Origin: Nitrospirota bacterium | Lineage (GTDB): Bacteria; Nitrospirota; UBA9217 | Direction: 5' to 3' | Assembly: GCA_963796285.1 (NCBI GenBank) | Contig: CAWCKW010000013.1 | Span: forward strand, 384,001 to 448,000 | DNA: 64,000 nucleotides | Part shown: positions 9,235-18,896 of the stretch, piece by piece | Numbering within the stretch: the stretch's first letter is position 1 | Layout: each line of letters opens with the position of its first letter | Position numbers and translations under genes: made by a program | The notes under the pieces: model-generated | Seen by the model: the letters and a program-made list of their open reading frames with translations, nothing else | Databases searched by the model: none | What the model was told of the DNA's origin: nothing

Positions 9235-10995
9235 TCATTCGAATTCCCGCATGCGCAGTTCCTCGGAACGCGAAGAGGACCCGAGCGATCCGATCGTTCT
9301 GACCAGGGGCTGCACCTCTTCCAGCGTGCGCGCAAGGGTGCTTTCAGTCTCGTCCTCGACACCGAATGATTTCAGGTCTGAGATAATCTTGACCAGCGAT
9401 TTCTTTTCTGGAAAGACCTTCAAACGGATAGGCGCATTTTCCGGAAGATTGGCAGCAGTTCGTGCAAGCCGCAAAGCAGTTGGGAAGCCGCCCAGCTCGT
9501 CCACCAGCCCCAGTTTCTTCGCATCCTCTCCGGTCCAGATCCGTCCTTTTGCGATCTTTTCAACGTCTTCCTTCGAGAGCTTCCTGCTTGTGGAGACCTT
9601 TGCGGTAAAGTCGTCGTACACGCGGTCGAGCCACTGGCTGAACCGGGCCTGCTGTGCCGGCGTAAAATCGCTGGTCTGGGACCAGGCGTTGGCGTTCCTG
9701 CTTGTGTGCACCTCGTCCCAGGTCACGCCGAGCTTGTTCCAGAACCCCGTCGTGATCATCTTGCCGCCGAAGACGCCGATGGAGCCGGTGATCGTCCCCG
9801 GCTGGGCCACTATCTTGTCGGCTGCCATGGCGATGAAATAACCGCCCGACGCCGCCGTGCCGCCCATGGACGCGATGACCGGCTTGCCCGCTTTTTTTGC
9901 ATTGACGATCTCGCGCCAGATCGTGTCCGAGGCCACATAGGACCCGCCGGGGCTGTCAATGCGGAACAGGATGGCCTTCACGTCCTTGTCCTCCACTGCC
10001 TCCCGGATCGCGGATGCGATCGTATCCGACCCCATGATGATCTCGCCGGTTGCAGGTTCATAGCCGCTCTTCCCGCGCATGATCCCGCCCACACCGTAGA
10101 CCAGGGCAATGGTCGTCCCCTTTTTGTACGGACTTCCGGCCCGCTTCCGGTATTCCGCGAGCGAAAGGAGCTCGGCCTTTGCGCCCGCCTTTCCCTTGAT
10201 TGCGTCATAGGTCTCGTCGCGATATGCAAGCCCGTCAATGAGTCTCGCGTCCACCGCCTGCTGGCCGAGGAACGGCCCTTCGTTGATAAGCGACCGGACC
10301 TGGTCTTCCGTGAGTTTGCGCGCAGCAGCGATGCCGCCTACGATCTGGCTGAACTGGGACTCCATCACCCGTGTGATCGCTTCGCGGTGCGGCGGGAGGT
10401 ATTTTCGCTCGGTGAACATATACCGGTAGGTCTTGTATTCCTTCCGGCCATCAATGCGCGGGATGATGCCCAGCTTGTCCAGGGTCCCCCGGACAAAGGG
10501 TTGCTCATGGATGAGCCCGGTAAGCCCCACATCACCCGAGGGCTGCAGATAGATTGCGTCAAAGGCGGTCGCGAGATAGTAGGAGGAGTTCCCGGGGCCG
10601 GCCTCGCCAAAGGTCTCGGCATACGCGATCGCCGGCTTGCCTGCTGCACGGAAGGCGATGACCGCGTCCCGCACGTCTTGCACCTGAGCCAGCTTTACAC
10701 TTGACTGACCCACCCTGGCTACCAGCCCCTTCACCCGGTCGTCTTGTGCCGCCTTTTCGAGCGTCTCAACTACATCGCGCACGCGCAGCTTTCTGGCCAT
10801 CAGGACCCGCGCCAGGCCATCATCGGGAACGGACTCGATCATCCCCTGCCCGAAGTCCGCCTCAAGGATCACCTGTTTCGGTACGCGGCCGGTAAAGAGC
10901 CAATAATAGAGTCCGATCGCGGTCCCCGCAATAAGAAAAATGAAAAAGATAACAATACAACCGCTTCTGCTCTGCTTTCGGTCATCGCGATACAT
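9235..10995 (-). CDS. sppA: Signal peptide peptidase SppA (67K type)
   Basis: RIDSPGGS, ASGGYF, TGSIGV, GRIWTG; N-terminal TM. Confidence 0.93.
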   Translation of the reverse strand: MYRDDRKQSRSGCIVIFFIFLIAGTAIGLYYWLFTGRVPKQVILEADFGQGMIESVPDDGLARVLMARKLRVRDVVETLEKAAQDDRVKGLVARVGQSSVKLAQVQDVRDAVIAFRAAGKPAIAYAETFGEAGPGNSSYYLATAFDAIYLQPSGDVGLTGLIHEQPFVRGTLDKLGIIPRIDGRKEYKTYRYMFTERKYLPPHREAITRVMESQFSQIVGGIAAARKLTEDQVRSLINEGPFLGQQAVDARLIDGLAYRDETYDAIKGKAGAKAELLSLAEYRKRAGSPYKKGTTIALVYGVGGIMRGKSGYEPATGEIIMGSDTIASAIREAVEDKDVKAILFRIDSPGGSYVASDTIWREIVNAKKAGKPVIASMGGTAASGGYFIAMAADKIVAQPGTITGSIGVFGGKMITTGFWNKLGVTWDEVHTSRNANAWSQTSDFTPAQQARFSQWLDRVYDDFTAKVSTSRKLSKEDVEKIAKGRIWTGEDAKKLGLVDELGGFPTALRLARTAANLPENAPIRLKVFPEKKSLVKIISDLKSFGVEDETESTLARTLEEVQPLVRTIGSLGSSSRSEELRMREFE

Positions 10996-11291
10996 GGATA
11001 AGCTCCTTTCAGTAAGGCAAATGATCCTGCGTGTGAGTTGCCAAAAAATAAAATCCTTCTCAACACGGACAGAATATCTTACGCCTTTGACAGGATAGGA
11101 AAATGCTATTATCCGAGTGTATCCTGTGATCGTGTCAAGTGGGATGACGGTTATCGGGATATAGGAAAAGGATAGAGGATTTTTTCAGAAATGGCAAGGG
11201 CTGCTTGTACGATCGGGGAATATGCGGCAAGGTACACCTAAGAACGTCTAACAACGAATCGCCATCTAGGAACGCGATGAGGCCTGCAGTG

Positions 11292-11322
11292 AAAAAAAGG
11301 AGAGAGGGGCGCCCCTCTCTCC
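11292..11322 (-). terminator. Intrinsic terminator of the cytochrome c gene
   Basis: ggagagagggg/cccctctctcc hairpin followed by T7 on the minus strand. Confidence 0.8.
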
Positions 11323-11340
11323 CATGATGGATAAGACCGA

Positions 11341-11727
11341 TCAGCAGCCGACAGCGGCCTTCTTCTTTTTTGTGTTGTCAGCCATTGGCTTGAGGGACTT
11401 GAGATAGGACACCAGGTCCATCATCTGCTCGGACTTCACATCCAGAGCCTTGCCCTTGAGAGCCATGGTAACACACATGTTGACCGCCTCTTCGAGGGAC
11501 TTGGTCTCCCCGGCGGGCGTCTTCCAATCTTTTTTGCTGCCGACCCCTTCAAGGCCTTTGCCGTCAGGATGACAGGTGGCGCAGGACTTTCCCGATGTTC
11601 CTCCACCGAGCTTCGTGTCGTTGAACAGGGCCTTTCCACGGTCTTCAGGCGTATGACTCATCGCCAGCACTGCGGAAGCGAACAGCATCACGATCGCGAT
11701 AAGTGCAACAATCTTGAATGATTTCAT
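11341..11727 (-). CDS. Periplasmic monoheme c-type cytochrome
   Basis: Signal peptide, GKALF, CATCH, VNMC segment, C-terminal KKKKAAVGC. Confidence 0.85.
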   Translation of the reverse strand: MKSFKIVALIAIVMLFASAVLAMSHTPEDRGKALFNDTKLGGGTSGKSCATCHPDGKGLEGVGSKKDWKTPAGETKSLEEAVNMCVTMALKGKALDVKSEQMMDLVSYLKSLKPMADNTKKKKAAVGC

Positions 11728-12097
11728 TCTTTTTCACCTCCTTTCTTTGTAACGATATCGTATATGGGCTTGGACAAAAAGAATCCCTGAAATAGTTGCA
11801 TAAATAACATGCGTATCAGCCGGCGCTTGGGATATGTCGAAGTATAGCATATTTTTACCAGGGTTAGGGCGCGGGTCGTATAAAAATTTTTCTGGCAGAC
11901 CGATAAAACCACCTGTTGCGTTTTTGAGGAATGCTGGTATCTTTGCTCTATCATAGTGATTATATAAGTTGTAGTGTATGTGTTATTAAAGGGATGGAAC
12001 GAACAAGGGACTCGAGACGCTTTCGCCGATAAACGCAGGTGAGACCGTTTCCCAGGATCAGAGTTTCTCAATTCATAAACGAAAGAGGTGATGGAAG

Positions 12098-12160
12098 ATG
12101 GCGCAATCACAGAAGGGTCCAAAGAAGGAAGTTAAGAAGCCGAAAAGCAAGAAAAAGTAA
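12098..12160 (+). CDS. 20-aa Lys-rich small protein MAQSQKGPKKEVKKPKSKKK
   Basis: GAGGTG RBS 7 nt upstream; hairpin at 12174-12214 downstream. Confidence 0.55.
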   Translation: MAQSQKGPKKEVKKPKSKKK

Positions 12161-12173
12161 TCCCGGCTATGAG

Positions 12174-12214
12174 CGAAAGAACAGAGGGGGCACGACGCTC
12201 TCTTTGTCCTTTCG
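12174..12214 (+). terminator. Hairpin, probable terminator
   Basis: cgaaagaacagagggggc...gctctctttgtcctttcg. Confidence 0.5.
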
Positions 12215-12310
12215 CCGGACCGGAGCAGGAAGAGGTCGTTTCGATGGAATTGATGTGCTGAGCAATATAAGAGAGCTGATCAACAAATGCTCATTCACGG
12301 GGTTTAACGC

Positions 12311-12823
12311 ATGGAGCTTTTAAGCAAGACGCAAAAGAAGAAAGAGGCCCTGTCCTTGCAGGCTCTGGGAGAGCGGTTGGTGACCCTGTCGGCCGAACAA
12401 CTCAAGAGCATCGAGCTGCCATCAGTCCTGTTCAACGCCGTCACCCTGGCAAAGAGGCTCAAGAAACACGGCGCGCGGTTGAGGCAGATGCAGTATATCG
12501 GCACCTTGATGCGTAAATATGATCCCCAGCCTGTACAAGAGGCCCTTCAGCGCATGGAACAGGGGAACCGCGAGCAATCCGCGGAACACAGGAAGATCGA
12601 AACGTGGCGGGATGAGCTGATAGCCGGAAACGATCTGCTGATAGAACGGTTCGCGCTGCAATACCCTCTCGTGGACAGGCAGCAACTGACCACCCTTGTT
12701 AAAAACGCCCGGGACGAACGCGCCGCGAATGACCCCGCTCCCAAGGCATCCCGGTCCTTGTTTCGTTATTTGCATAAATCCACGCAACGGCCCAAGACCC
12801 CGGTTGACGCTCCGGCCTCCTGA
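12311..12823 (+). CDS. yjgA: Ribosome biogenesis factor YjgA/DarP (DUF615)
   Basis: SKTQKK.E...LQALGE.L, RQMQYIG.LMR, E.WRDELI, R.LFRYL. Confidence 0.9.
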   Translation: MELLSKTQKKKEALSLQALGERLVTLSAEQLKSIELPSVLFNAVTLAKRLKKHGARLRQMQYIGTLMRKYDPQPVQEALQRMEQGNREQSAEHRKIETWRDELIAGNDLLIERFALQYPLVDRQQLTTLVKNARDERAANDPAPKASRSLFRYLHKSTQRPKTPVDAPAS

Positions 12824-12827
12824 GAAG

Positions 12828-12980
12828 CTACCTGGCTTCTCCCTCTTCTGCAGCCGGGACGGGCTTCTCTGCGGAAGCAGCTGTGTTCTTCTCCAGCTTG
12901 CGCTGCATCTTTTCCTCGTTCTTTTTTTTCTTCGCTATTTCCTTCTGACGTTTTTGAAAATCGAAATTCGGTTTCGCCAA
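12828..12980 (-). CDS. 50-aa basic small protein MAKPNFDFQKRQKEIAKKKKNEEK...
   Basis: TTG start with AAGGAG RBS; open frame to TAG at 12828; not in the ORF track. Confidence 0.7.
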   Translation of the reverse strand: MAKPNFDFQKRQKEIAKKKKNEEKMQRKLEKNTAASAEKPVPAAEEGEAR

Positions 12981-13330
12981 TGGTTGCTCCTTTGAGAAGA
13001 TTATTTTTTACGTCCAGGATATGGTAACCGTGTCGAACCCAGTTGTGCCTCGATGACTACCCCATTATACAGGGATACGAACAGGATGTATACATACTTG
13101 TGATGGGAGAAGTGAAAAGACGCATCATCGCGATAAGCGTTCTTAGATCCTGAAGAAGCGGATTAACGTACGGTAAGATCGAATAAATAATGAATTATTA
13201 GCTGCTGAGCGGGCACCGGATGGGTGAAGCATCCTGAGAGAAAAAATCCACAGCTATCCGAATTATATCGGTGTACATCCGTGTCAAATGGCGTTCTTAA
13301 GGCCATGCTGAATGATAATCGATTACGGAC

Positions 13331-14611
13331 TTAGATTTCCCAGGGATACCCGATGAAGATCTCAGGTTCGAAGCCTTCCCTGCCGAATGCGAAATCGCCC
13401 CGGAACACAATGCCTGATGCAGTGACTACCCTCAGCCCGAAGCCGTAGGAATCCCGCATGATGTCACCGAGCTCGCTCCTCACGTCCGAGGTGCTGCCGG
13501 TCTCATAGAACACGGAGATCTGGACCGAGGTGCGGACGTCCTTCATGACAAAAATATCAAAGGGTGTCCGCTCGTCGGTCAGGTTCCACCGGACCTCGGT
13601 GCCGTAGAACAGGGTGTGCGCGCCTTTGTACCGGCCCTGGGAGTAGGACCGCAGACGGCTGAACCCGCCCAGGGCAGTGGCCGTGCCGTAGATATTGTTC
13701 GCTATCGTGTTGTCGATCACTTCATTGCAGAACTTCTGCTGTTCCGGGTCGGTGATGGTGCTGCAGTGCAAGCCCAGTCTATCTTCAATCTTTGCCCGGT
13801 CCGTTTCTCCTTGTTGCCTCACGACCGCGTCGGAGCGGAAGTAGTTGAAAGCCCAGGTACTGCGTCTCCCCAGAGGGATATAGCCGGTGGTATTGTAGTC
13901 CATCACGTAGTAGTCTGGACCAGAATCACTGGGCGGAGATAGTGAGCCGGTCACATCGAGGCGAATCCCCCTGCGCGGATCACCGTAATCGTCGGTCAGG
14001 TCAACACGGGTCCCGACCATCGTCGTGCGGCCGCGCGACCGGGGAGGGTTCTCGGCCTCAATGATTACGTTGCCGTCCTTGTCCCTGATGCTCTTGATTG
14101 TTCCACCGCCTTCATACATCGCCCCGTAAACCTCGAAGCGGCGCTCCAGGAACGTGGCCGTCAAGCGGCCGCCATAGTACTCCATGTCGCCCATCTCGAT
14201 CAGGCGAAAATCGTTCTTGTCCGTGTTCATGCCGCGCTGGCCATAGCTCTGGATCGTCGCTGCGCTTACCGCGCCGAACCCCGTATCGAGGATCAGTGTT
14301 TTCGGTATGAGATGGATGTCCGCAACGCCAAAGGACGCGCCCTTGACCTCGCCGGCGAAGATCACGCCGTACGCGTCTGTGTACGTGTCCGCGATATTCA
14401 TCATGCCGCCGACCAGGCTGATGCCCTGGCCGATGCCGGGAAGGCTGTAAGGGTAGGGAAAGAGCGCGTAGCCGGGGTCCTTTGTGAACTGCTCCTTGCG
14501 GCGATTGGTGATGATCGAATAATCCGCCGGGTCCTCTTCCGCTGCGGCACTGGGACCCAGCATGCAGACAAGACACACGGCATACAGGAATCTCACGATA
14601 AACCTTTGCAT
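13331..14611 (-). CDS. Outer-membrane protein, Omp85/BamA-TamA-like barrel
   Basis: Signal peptide, LRSYSQGRY loop resembling (V/L)RG(Y/F), amphipathic C-terminal strands. Confidence 0.6.
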   Translation of the reverse strand: MQRFIVRFLYAVCLVCMLGPSAAAEEDPADYSIITNRRKEQFTKDPGYALFPYPYSLPGIGQGISLVGGMMNIADTYTDAYGVIFAGEVKGASFGVADIHLIPKTLILDTGFGAVSAATIQSYGQRGMNTDKNDFRLIEMGDMEYYGGRLTATFLERRFEVYGAMYEGGGTIKSIRDKDGNVIIEAENPPRSRGRTTMVGTRVDLTDDYGDPRRGIRLDVTGSLSPPSDSGPDYYVMDYNTTGYIPLGRRSTWAFNYFRSDAVVRQQGETDRAKIEDRLGLHCSTITDPEQQKFCNEVIDNTIANNIYGTATALGGFSRLRSYSQGRYKGAHTLFYGTEVRWNLTDERTPFDIFVMKDVRTSVQISVFYETGSTSDVRSELGDIMRDSYGFGLRVVTASGIVFRGDFAFGREGFEPEIFIGYPWEI

Positions 14612-14882
14612 CGGATACCTCCTGTATAGTGAAAGCGATACCCTATCTGGGGCCGAGCGAACACAACTATTATATTATTCTGCAAGAGTGGGGTAAAGTC
14701 AAGGGCTTCTGGCGAGCTTCTGTTTTCTTTATCGGCAGTTACTAGTTGAGCTCAGCAGCGCGGGAATGACGGCTAAAACGATGGATGCAACCGAACCTGC
14801 GTAAAAAGAACGGGCGGCTTCCTTGCGGAAAAGACGCGCTCGCTTCGACAGATATGCGTTGCCGCCGTTGCTAATGGAATGT

Positions 14883-14917
14883 CCCCTCACCCAGCCCTCA
14901 CCCGCAAGGGGCGAGGG
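14883..14917. repeat. REP-like repeat (CCCTC family) downstream of hgcB
   Basis: cccctcacccagccctcacccgcaaggggcgaggg. Confidence 0.65.
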
Positions 14918-14948
14918 TGTTTTACTTCACCTAAGGGGATAGCGAACG

Positions 14949-15242
14949 TTACCCGCAGCACCCTGCGGAGGTATTGCTGCAGTCGCAGGATGGCGGACCG
15001 CCGGTTACCATGCTGTTGATGATGGCGGCAGCACAGCCAACACCGGCGTTCACGGTGATGGCGCCGAACTCGCAGTTCAGGGCGCAGGCCCCGCATTCCA
15101 TGCACCGGTCCCTGTCCGTGATCGCGGCACGCTTGTCGCGCATCTCGAAAACCCGCTGCGGGCAGACCTCAACGCACCTCCCGCAACCGGTGCACTTATC
15201 CTGCGAGTATTGAAGTGTGGTCACGTTCGCAAGGTATTTCAT
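14949..15242 (-). CDS. hgcB: Mercury methylation ferredoxin HgcB
   Basis: Two CxxCxxCxxxC motifs including CMECGAC, GVGCA, C-terminal CC; ATGA overlap with hgcA. Confidence 0.95.
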   Translation of the reverse strand: MKYLANVTTLQYSQDKCTGCGRCVEVCPQRVFEMRDKRAAITDRDRCMECGACALNCEFGAITVNAGVGCAAAIINSMVTGGPPSCDCSNTSAGCCG

Positions 15243-16324
15243 ACGATCCTCCATTCTTTGAGCTTAAAGACAACCATCAGGATCAAGGATATGCTGACTG
15301 CTCCAATGTAGAGCGGGATGCCGATCTTCAGTTCTCGTTTAACGCCCGACATGCCCGTAAAGGTTGTCGAGCCCGTGAACTGGAGCGCAATATAGGAACT
15401 CAGTGCGGGAAACAGGAGATAGGCGACGCTTAAGAGTATCGGGTCCTGCGTGATGACAGGTGCGAAAAGATGCAAGGCAAGAAACACCGACAGCACACCC
15501 ACGATCCAGCCTTTTAGCGCAAAGGACCGGAACGGGACAAAAGGCAACAACACCGGGGTCACGAGCGCGCCGGCAAAGACCGCGAGCAGGGCCAAGATAA
15601 GGAATGGCAAACCGCCGAACCATGCTTGTTTGAACAGAAGACCCTGCGGCTGGAGTCCGAAGGTCAAAAGAATGCCTCCTGCCACCCAGGGAAACTTTTT
15701 CATGGCAGGGTTGATTTCCATGGGCGTCAAAACAAGCCGGTCGAGCATCGAGAATCTGATGGTGCCCATCTCCTTTGTTTTTTTGTAGCCCGCCTGAACA
15801 TATGCAGATATATCCCGTGCCTGCACCGGGCCAAAGGCGACCCTGAAGCCTGTGTTCTTCTGCACCGTGCTCGCGTTCACGCCCACAGCGCCGAGCTGGG
15901 GCAGGATGATCCTGCGATGGTCCACCACCGTCTCGAGCTTTGCCTCCGCAATGCGCTTGATTAACTCGTCGGTGCCGAATGTTCCTTTGCCCGCCGCGCA
16001 CCAGACATTGATGCTCTTGGTGTCGAGCACGAGGATCCAGCCGTTCACGCCCTTGAGTTCACGACGCAGAATGTCGAAGGTCAGTTTGTAGTTGGCGGTA
16101 ACGAAGACGTCTGAATCCTTTGTCGGATCGCCGACCGCGTACAGCCCCGGTGTCACCGCATAGTTCATACGGAAGGCGCCGGTCCTGCTTTTTATCATGC
16201 CCCGATAATCGGCGCTCGTCCACTCGGAGGAAACACGGTAAATCGCCCCCGCAGGCGTTGCAACCGTGCCTGTGATCCAAGAGGGTGTTTCCTTTTTCAC
16301 AAACTTCAATGCCTGCATCTGCAT
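15239..16324 (-). CDS. hgcA: Mercury methylation corrinoid protein HgcA
   Basis: Cap helix INVWCAAGKGTFG, TANYKLTFD, ILPQLGA, C-terminal TMs, FTGSTTFT.MSGV. Confidence 0.97.
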   Translation of the reverse strand: MQMQALKFVKKETPSWITGTVATPAGAIYRVSSEWTSADYRGMIKSRTGAFRMNYAVTPGLYAVGDPTKDSDVFVTANYKLTFDILRRELKGVNGWILVLDTKSINVWCAAGKGTFGTDELIKRIAEAKLETVVDHRRIILPQLGAVGVNASTVQKNTGFRVAFGPVQARDISAYVQAGYKKTKEMGTIRFSMLDRLVLTPMEINPAMKKFPWVAGGILLTFGLQPQGLLFKQAWFGGLPFLILALLAVFAGALVTPVLLPFVPFRSFALKGWIVGVLSVFLALHLFAPVITQDPILLSVAYLLFPALSSYIALQFTGSTTFTGMSGVKRELKIGIPLYIGAVSISLILMVVFKLKEWRIV

Positions 16325-16366
16325 GAAAAACCTCCTCAGCCGCTCAAACCAAATACATGTTCATGG

Positions 16367-16449
16367 AACCGCGAAGTCGCGAAGGACGCGAAGAAATTCG
16401 TATTTAAATAAGAAGCATGCCGTCCTGGCGTTCTTTGCGCCTTGGCGGT
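16367..16449. repeat. Imperfect inverted repeat built from GCGAAG/CTT.GCG units
   Basis: aaccgcgaagtcgcgaaggacgcgaag ... cctggcgttctttgcgccttggcggt. Confidence 0.65.
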
Positions 16450-16464
16450 AAAAAGTTTCTGCTA

Positions 16465-16746
16465 CTATAGAACATCCTTCATCACCGGTCCAAGCAGACC
16501 TTTTACCATGGTCTCCAGGTTGCCCGCCTTGATCAGGGCGATGCAGCAGATCTCGCCGTCCTTGACCCAGCTCGTGATGGCCAGCTTGTCACCCGCCTTG
16601 ATGCCCGCCTTCGCCCGCAGCTCCTTGGGCAGCACCATCTGGCCCCGCTCGTCTACCGTGACGATCGCCTCGACGGCGCAGCAGCTCGCGCCTTTGCCGA
16701 ACGGACCGGCAACGGGCACCTTTTCATTCTTTTTCATGATCCGCAA
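16465..16746 (-). CDS. hgcC: HgcAB-associated AbrB/SpoVT-like protein
   Basis: CC.VEAIVTVDERGQMVLPKELR..AGI..GDKL...CCI; lies directly upstream of hgcA. Confidence 0.8.
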   Translation of the reverse strand: MRIMKKNEKVPVAGPFGKGASCCAVEAIVTVDERGQMVLPKELRAKAGIKAGDKLAITSWVKDGEICCIALIKAGNLETMVKGLLGPVMKDVL

Positions 16747-16761
16747 TCCTCCGGTTTTTCC

Positions 16762-16816
16762 GTATAATCAGATAATACTGATAATGAAGATTATCCGGAA
16801 TTTGGGACGTTGTCAA
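16762..16816 (-). promoter_or_regulatory. Sigma70-type promoter of hgcC overlapped by GATAAT repeats
   Basis: TTGACA (16816-16811), 17-nt spacer, TAATCT; four GATAAT-like repeats. Confidence 0.65.
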
Positions 16817-17140
16817 CAAGAATAATTACCGTCTCTCTCCCCCCAATCACCGGTATCACGTCGGAGAGAATGATCGGCATCGCTATCACACCCGGCAAGC
16901 GATCCGTTTTCCGGCAATCCAGATCCTGAGCATCACTGATAGGTTAAGCGCTGCAGGAATGCCGAACAGAGCGAGAGCAGATCCGAATCTCTCTGACGGA
17001 GTATTCTTAACCAGGATATTCAATGCGGAGGGACTCCTTAATCTGCTTCGTGAAACCGATGGATAAGAGAGGTATACTAGTGGATAGGATCACAAAACCA
17101 GCGGGCAGTTTTTCCCGAGTGGAAGAGGAGGGACAAGCGC

Positions 17141-17680
17141 ATGAAGCGGTTGAAGAACACCATCAGATTCGCAGCTCTGTTGCTGATGACCGTCACGCTG
17201 CAGTCCTGCATGATGGGCACACAACTGAACACAACATCAGTCGATAAAACGCTCATCTCCGGGACCTACACCCTATTGCTCTACGGTTGCCACTATCCTG
17301 ACCAGGTCGACAATGTCGCAATTCTCGTTGACGAGAACAGCAGATATCCCGTCGAGATCTATGATATTGACACCTCGTACAAAGTGAAGAAGGGCGTACC
17401 TGCGCTGCAGGCGCTCAAGGAGGCGGATGCGTTCGTACGGTGCAGCGTCCACAGAATTTGGCAAACACAGGTTACCAGAATACCGGATGACATCGGCGGG
17501 ACCGTAGGGTATGAGGTCAGGCCCCTCTATGAAACATTAGAGTTCGGCACTCCCGATGTCCTGATGATCAGTTACTCGCTGAAGAATGGAAAAATCAGGG
17601 CATATATCAGGAAGTCACCCCAGGCGGAAGATCGGGATGGAGATGGGCGGGACGCCCGCGGATCCGACGGGCACCGTTAG
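17141..17680 (+). CDS. Hypothetical lipoprotein
   Basis: Signal peptide with lipobox-like LQSC; GAGGAGG RBS. Confidence 0.7.
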   Translation: MKRLKNTIRFAALLLMTVTLQSCMMGTQLNTTSVDKTLISGTYTLLLYGCHYPDQVDNVAILVDENSRYPVEIYDIDTSYKVKKGVPALQALKEADAFVRCSVHRIWQTQVTRIPDDIGGTVGYEVRPLYETLEFGTPDVLMISYSLKNGKIRAYIRKSPQAEDRDGDGRDARGSDGHR

Positions 17681-17773
17681 TTGCGAATGATATTCCGCAG
17701 TCCCACATTAGAGAACCGGCCCCAGGGGGTTTATGCTGGAACAAGTTGCCTGAGGCGTTATACGGAGGACAAT

Positions 17774-18223
17774 ATGATCAGGAGCGTGATGGTTTTATTG
17801 GCTTTAGGCACCGTTCTCATGACCCACCCGGCCTACGGGGCCGACAAACAGGAGGAGCAGAATAAGAAGACCGTGGTGGAGTTTTACGAGAAGGCGATCA
17901 ATCAGAAGGATTTTGAGGCCGCCTCGAAATATATGGGTCCGCGTTATACACAGCACAACCCGATGGCAGCAAACGGCCCCGGGGGGTTGCAGGGTTACCT
18001 TCAGTTCCTTCGCGCAAAGTATCCGGAGTCGCATAGTGAGATCAAGCGGGTATTCGCTGATGGAGACTATGTAATTCTGCATGTGCACGCGGTACGGGAA
18101 CCAGGCACGCGCGGCAGCGCCATTGTCGACATTTTCAAACTTGAGAACGGTAAGATCGTGGAGCACTGGGACGTTATCCAGGAGATACCCGAGAAGGCTG
18201 CCAACACGAATGGGATGTTTTAA
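17774..18223 (+). CDS. SnoaL/NTF2-like secreted protein
   Basis: YTQHNP, ADGDYVILH, DIFKLENGKIVEHWDV. Confidence 0.88.
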   Translation: MIRSVMVLLALGTVLMTHPAYGADKQEEQNKKTVVEFYEKAINQKDFEAASKYMGPRYTQHNPMAANGPGGLQGYLQFLRAKYPESHSEIKRVFADGDYVILHVHAVREPGTRGSAIVDIFKLENGKIVEHWDVIQEIPEKAANTNGMF

Positions 18224-18649
18224 CTTGTATAAATAAGGGATTATAAAGTTCAAACACGTTGCTCTTTAGCGTCACTTCTTGTCGCCCTGCGATCTGCACA
18301 ATAATTCACCATGTGAAGAACAAATTTCTTCTCTTCATGTAACTATAGTTGCAATTAACCGGTGCTTCTCCCGATCTAATCGTTAACCCGCATCGCATCT
18401 TCAACGAAGCGAATGCCTATTTCAGCAATTTGCACTGGCGGGTGAAGAACGCCTTTGCTTCAAGCAAAGGAGGCAAATCGTGTCTGTGCTATAATTGTAT
18501 CAACAAACGGTGATCATGAGCAATATCATCCCGGGCATAGGCGTAGCAGTGTTCATCGTGTAGATGAGGGCTTTCGCAGTTCGTCTATGCTAAGCGGAAA
18601 AATCGGTCGAGTGAACGGGTAAGGGATATTTTTCAGAACACCGAGGAGA

Positions 18650-18885
18650 ACCAGAATGCCGCGCTTGCCAAGTTCAGGAAAACGCTCGAAAACGTGAAGA
18701 AGATCACCGGCAAGGTGAATGCTGTGTCGGAGGACGTCGGACAGATCAGTAGCACGGTTACAAGATTGGAGAAGAGCATATGTGAGAAAGGGCCTCGGGC
18801 CTGCCGCTGGGGTGCATATAGCCGGACTGAAGTCCGGCAATACGACCGGGGGGATGGTAACCCTGGTAAAAAGTCTCAAAGTAGA
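18650..18885 (+). pseudogene. Degraded DUF948/YoxC-like gene upstream of ytxH
   Basis: Coiled-coil fragment KTLENVKKITGKVNAVSEDV and IAGLKSG lie in different frames; no intact start. Confidence 0.45.
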
Positions 18886-18896
18886 AAGGAGTGATG

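Noticed and set aside
11724-12122. 132-aa ORF upstream of the cytochrome
   Set aside because: It spans an AT-rich promoter region and includes the cytochrome RBS; it has no protein-like features.
15985-16015. Selenocysteine variant of the HgcA cap helix
   Set aside because: The codon is TGC (Cys); there is no in-frame TGA.
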